A stretch of 18,533 bases of DNA, from positions 1 through 18,533 of the IMG/VR virus record IMGVR_UViG_2541047722_000018; one strand, 5' to 3'. The translations under genes were made by a program, and so were the position numbers. The DNA is from a virus (lineage: Duplodnaviria > Heunggongvirae > Uroviricota > Caudoviricetes). Below are positions 17,177 to 18,533 of the stretch, piece by piece; position 1 is the first letter of the stretch; every line of letters begins with the position of its first letter. The notes under the pieces were generated by a model. The model was not told the origin of the DNA. It saw only the letters and a program-made list of their open reading frames with translations, and did no database searches.

Positions 17177-17395
17177 ATGTTTCATTGTCCTTTATGCCAG
17201 CATGCCGCACATGCGCGTACAAGCCGCTATATCACTGACACGACAAAAGAGCGTTATCACCAGTGTCAGAACGTGAATTGCAGCGCCACATTCATCACTT
17301 ATGAGTCGGTACAGCGATACATCGTGAAGCCGGGAGAAGTCCACGCCGTAAGACCGCACCCGTTGCCGTCAGGGCAGCAAATTATGTGGATGTGA
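17177..17395 (+). CDS. ogr: Late-gene transcriptional activator Ogr (zinc-finger, 72 aa)
   Basis: MFHCPLCQHAAHARTSRYITDTTKERYHQCQNVNCSATF... matches my recollection of P2 Ogr, with a C-x2-C...C-x4-C zinc-binding pattern. ATG at 17177 has an AGAGG RBS; the track ORF from 17114 is an over-extension. Confidence 0.9.
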   Translation: MFHCPLCQHAAHARTSRYITDTTKERYHQCQNVNCSATFITYESVQRYIVKPGEVHAVRPHPLPSGQQIMWM

Positions 17396-17405
17396 TCACA
17401 AAAAT

Positions 17406-17430
17406 AGCCCCTCAGTCGAGGGGCTTATTT
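17406..17430. terminator. Stem-loop terminator after ogr (possibly bidirectional)
   Basis: AGCCCCTC-agtc-GAGGGGCT with T-rich tracts on both sides. Confidence 0.55.
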
Positions 17431-17521
17431 ATGGTCGATGTGGACGCTATGTGGACAGTGGTTGACATAAATCCATTTATATCATCAGGTTAGGTGCTTT
17501 TTTGTGACACCATCCCTGTCT
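17431..17521. other. Probable attR region of the prophage (integrase arm-type direct repeats plus core); exact core not determinable from this window
   Basis: Lies between the last phage gene (ogr) and host sequence. ATGTGGAC occurs twice (17438-17445 and 17449-17456) with 11-bp periodicity. Confidence 0.35.
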
Positions 17522-17548
17522 TCCCCCACATGATGTGGGGGTTTTTTT
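17522..17548 (+). terminator. Rho-independent terminator, probably the host cpxP (CpxQ 3'-UTR sRNA) terminator
   Basis: CCCCCAC-atgat-GTGGGGG followed by eight T; located just upstream of fieF, where cpxP sits in E. coli. Confidence 0.6.
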
Positions 17549-17630
17549 TATCCTCAATTTGCCTGCTGCTTAATGCATTGCAGATGATTTGCTTCCGTTA
17601 TACTACCGTCAGTTGATAGCGGGAGTATTT

Positions 17631-18533
17631 ATGAATCAATCTTATGGACGGCTGGTCAGTCGGGCGGCGATTGCTGCGACGGCGATGGCTTCGCTGCTAT
17701 TGCTGATTAAAATTTTTGCATGGTGGTATACCGGGTCGGTGAGTATTCTCGCCGCGCTGGTGGATTCGCTGGTGGATATCGGCGCGTCGTTGACGAATTT
17801 ACTGGTGGTGCGATATTCCCTGCAACCTGCCGACGATAATCACTCGTTTGGTCACGGTAAAGCTGAGTCCCTCGCGGCGCTGGCGCAAAGTATGTTTATC
17901 TCCGGTTCGGCACTATTCCTGTTTTTGACGGGTATTCAACATCTGGTATCTCCAACACCGATGACAGATCCAGGCGTCGGGGTTATCGTGACAATTGTGG
18001 CGCTAATTTGTACGATTATCCTTGTCTCGTTTCAGCGTTGGGTGGTGCGCCGGACGCAAAGCCAGGCGGTGCGGGCTGATATGCTACATTACCAGTCTGA
18101 TGTTATGATGAACGGCGCAATTCTGCTGGCGCTGGGGTTGTCCTGGTACGGCTGGCATCGCGCCGATGCTCTGTTTGCATTGGGGATCGGCATCTATATT
18201 TTATATAGCGCGTTACGCATGGGATATGAGGCGGTACAGTCATTACTGGATCGCGCATTGCCTGATGAGGAACGGCAAGAAATTATTGATATCGTGACTT
18301 CCTGGCCGGGTGTTAGCGGCGCTCACGATCTTCGCACGCGGCAGTCAGGGCCGACCCGCTTTATTCAGATTCATTTGGAAATGGAAGACTCTCTGCCTTT
18401 GGTTCAGGCACATATGGTGGCGGATCAGGTAGAGCAGGCTATTTTACGGCGTTTTCCGGGATCGGATGTGATTATCCATCAGGACCCCTGTTCCGTCGTA
18501 CCCAGGGAGGGTAAACGGTCTATGCTTTCATAA
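17631..18533 (+). CDS. fieF: Cation-diffusion-facilitator family ferrous-iron/zinc efflux transporter FieF (YiiP)
   Basis: [54 protein letters not shown]... matches my recollection of E. coli FieF; GGGAG RBS before the ATG at 17631; the track start at 17589 is an over-extension; the window ends at the stop codon. Confidence 0.9.
   Translation: MNQSYGRLVSRAAIAATAMASLLLLIKIFAWWYTGSVSILAALVDSLVDIGASLTNLLVVRYSLQPADDNHSFGHGKAESLAALAQSMFISGSALFLFLTGIQHLVSPTPMTDPGVGVIVTIVALICTIILVSFQRWVVRRTQSQAVRADMLHYQSDVMMNGAILLALGLSWYGWHRADALFALGIGIYILYSALRMGYEAVQSLLDRALPDEERQEIIDIVTSWPGVSGAHDLRTRQSGPTRFIQIHLEMEDSLPLVQAHMVADQVEQAILRRFPGSDVIIHQDPCSVVPREGKRSMLS

Noticed and set aside
17431-17630. tRNA gene at the phage integration site
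   Set aside because: I looked for a tRNA-like acceptor/T-arm with CCA context and found none; the junction looks like an intergenic cpxP-fieF site instead.
17589-17630. Upstream extension of fieF ([14 protein letters not shown]...)
   Set aside because: The conserved FieF N-terminus starts at MNQSYGRL with a good RBS; the extension is an ORF-caller artefact.
1-18533. CRISPR arrays, IS elements or integrase/transposase genes
   Set aside because: No regularly spaced direct repeats and no transposase- or integrase-like ORFs in this window; the phage integrase would lie at the opposite prophage end, outside the window.

Overview
The window is the right-hand ~17.4 kb of a P2-like (Peduovirus-type) prophage in an Escherichia-like chromosome, ending at the prophage-host junction just upstream of fieF. 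All calls are from reading the sequence and the supplied ORF track; no database search was run. The phage genes run in canonical P2 order on the + strand, with product lengths matching P2: L, X, the lysis cassette (Y holin, K endolysin, lysA, lysB, nested lysC), tail completion R and S, baseplate V, W, J, I, tail fibre H with assembly protein G, then FI, FII, E/E+E' (programmed -1 frameshift), T, U, D and ogr. Most adjacent genes overlap by 1-8 nt, consistent with translational coupling. The outstanding feature is an AT-rich ~1.6 kb insertion between G and FI, the position of Z/fun in P2 and a known cargo hotspot of P2-like phages. It carries one 375-aa ORF (9391..10518) that I could not match to any family I recognise, flanked by a candidate promoter, two perfect inverted repeats and a rho-independent terminator. 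This is the best candidate for an undescribed, lysogen-expressed anti-phage (abortive-infection-like) gene; its C-terminus has an R-x4-H motif reminiscent of HEPN nucleases. Secondary observations are a mosaic tail fibre with three tandem ~92-aa repeats, and the attR region with direct repeats next to what looks like the host cpxP 3' end and terminator.
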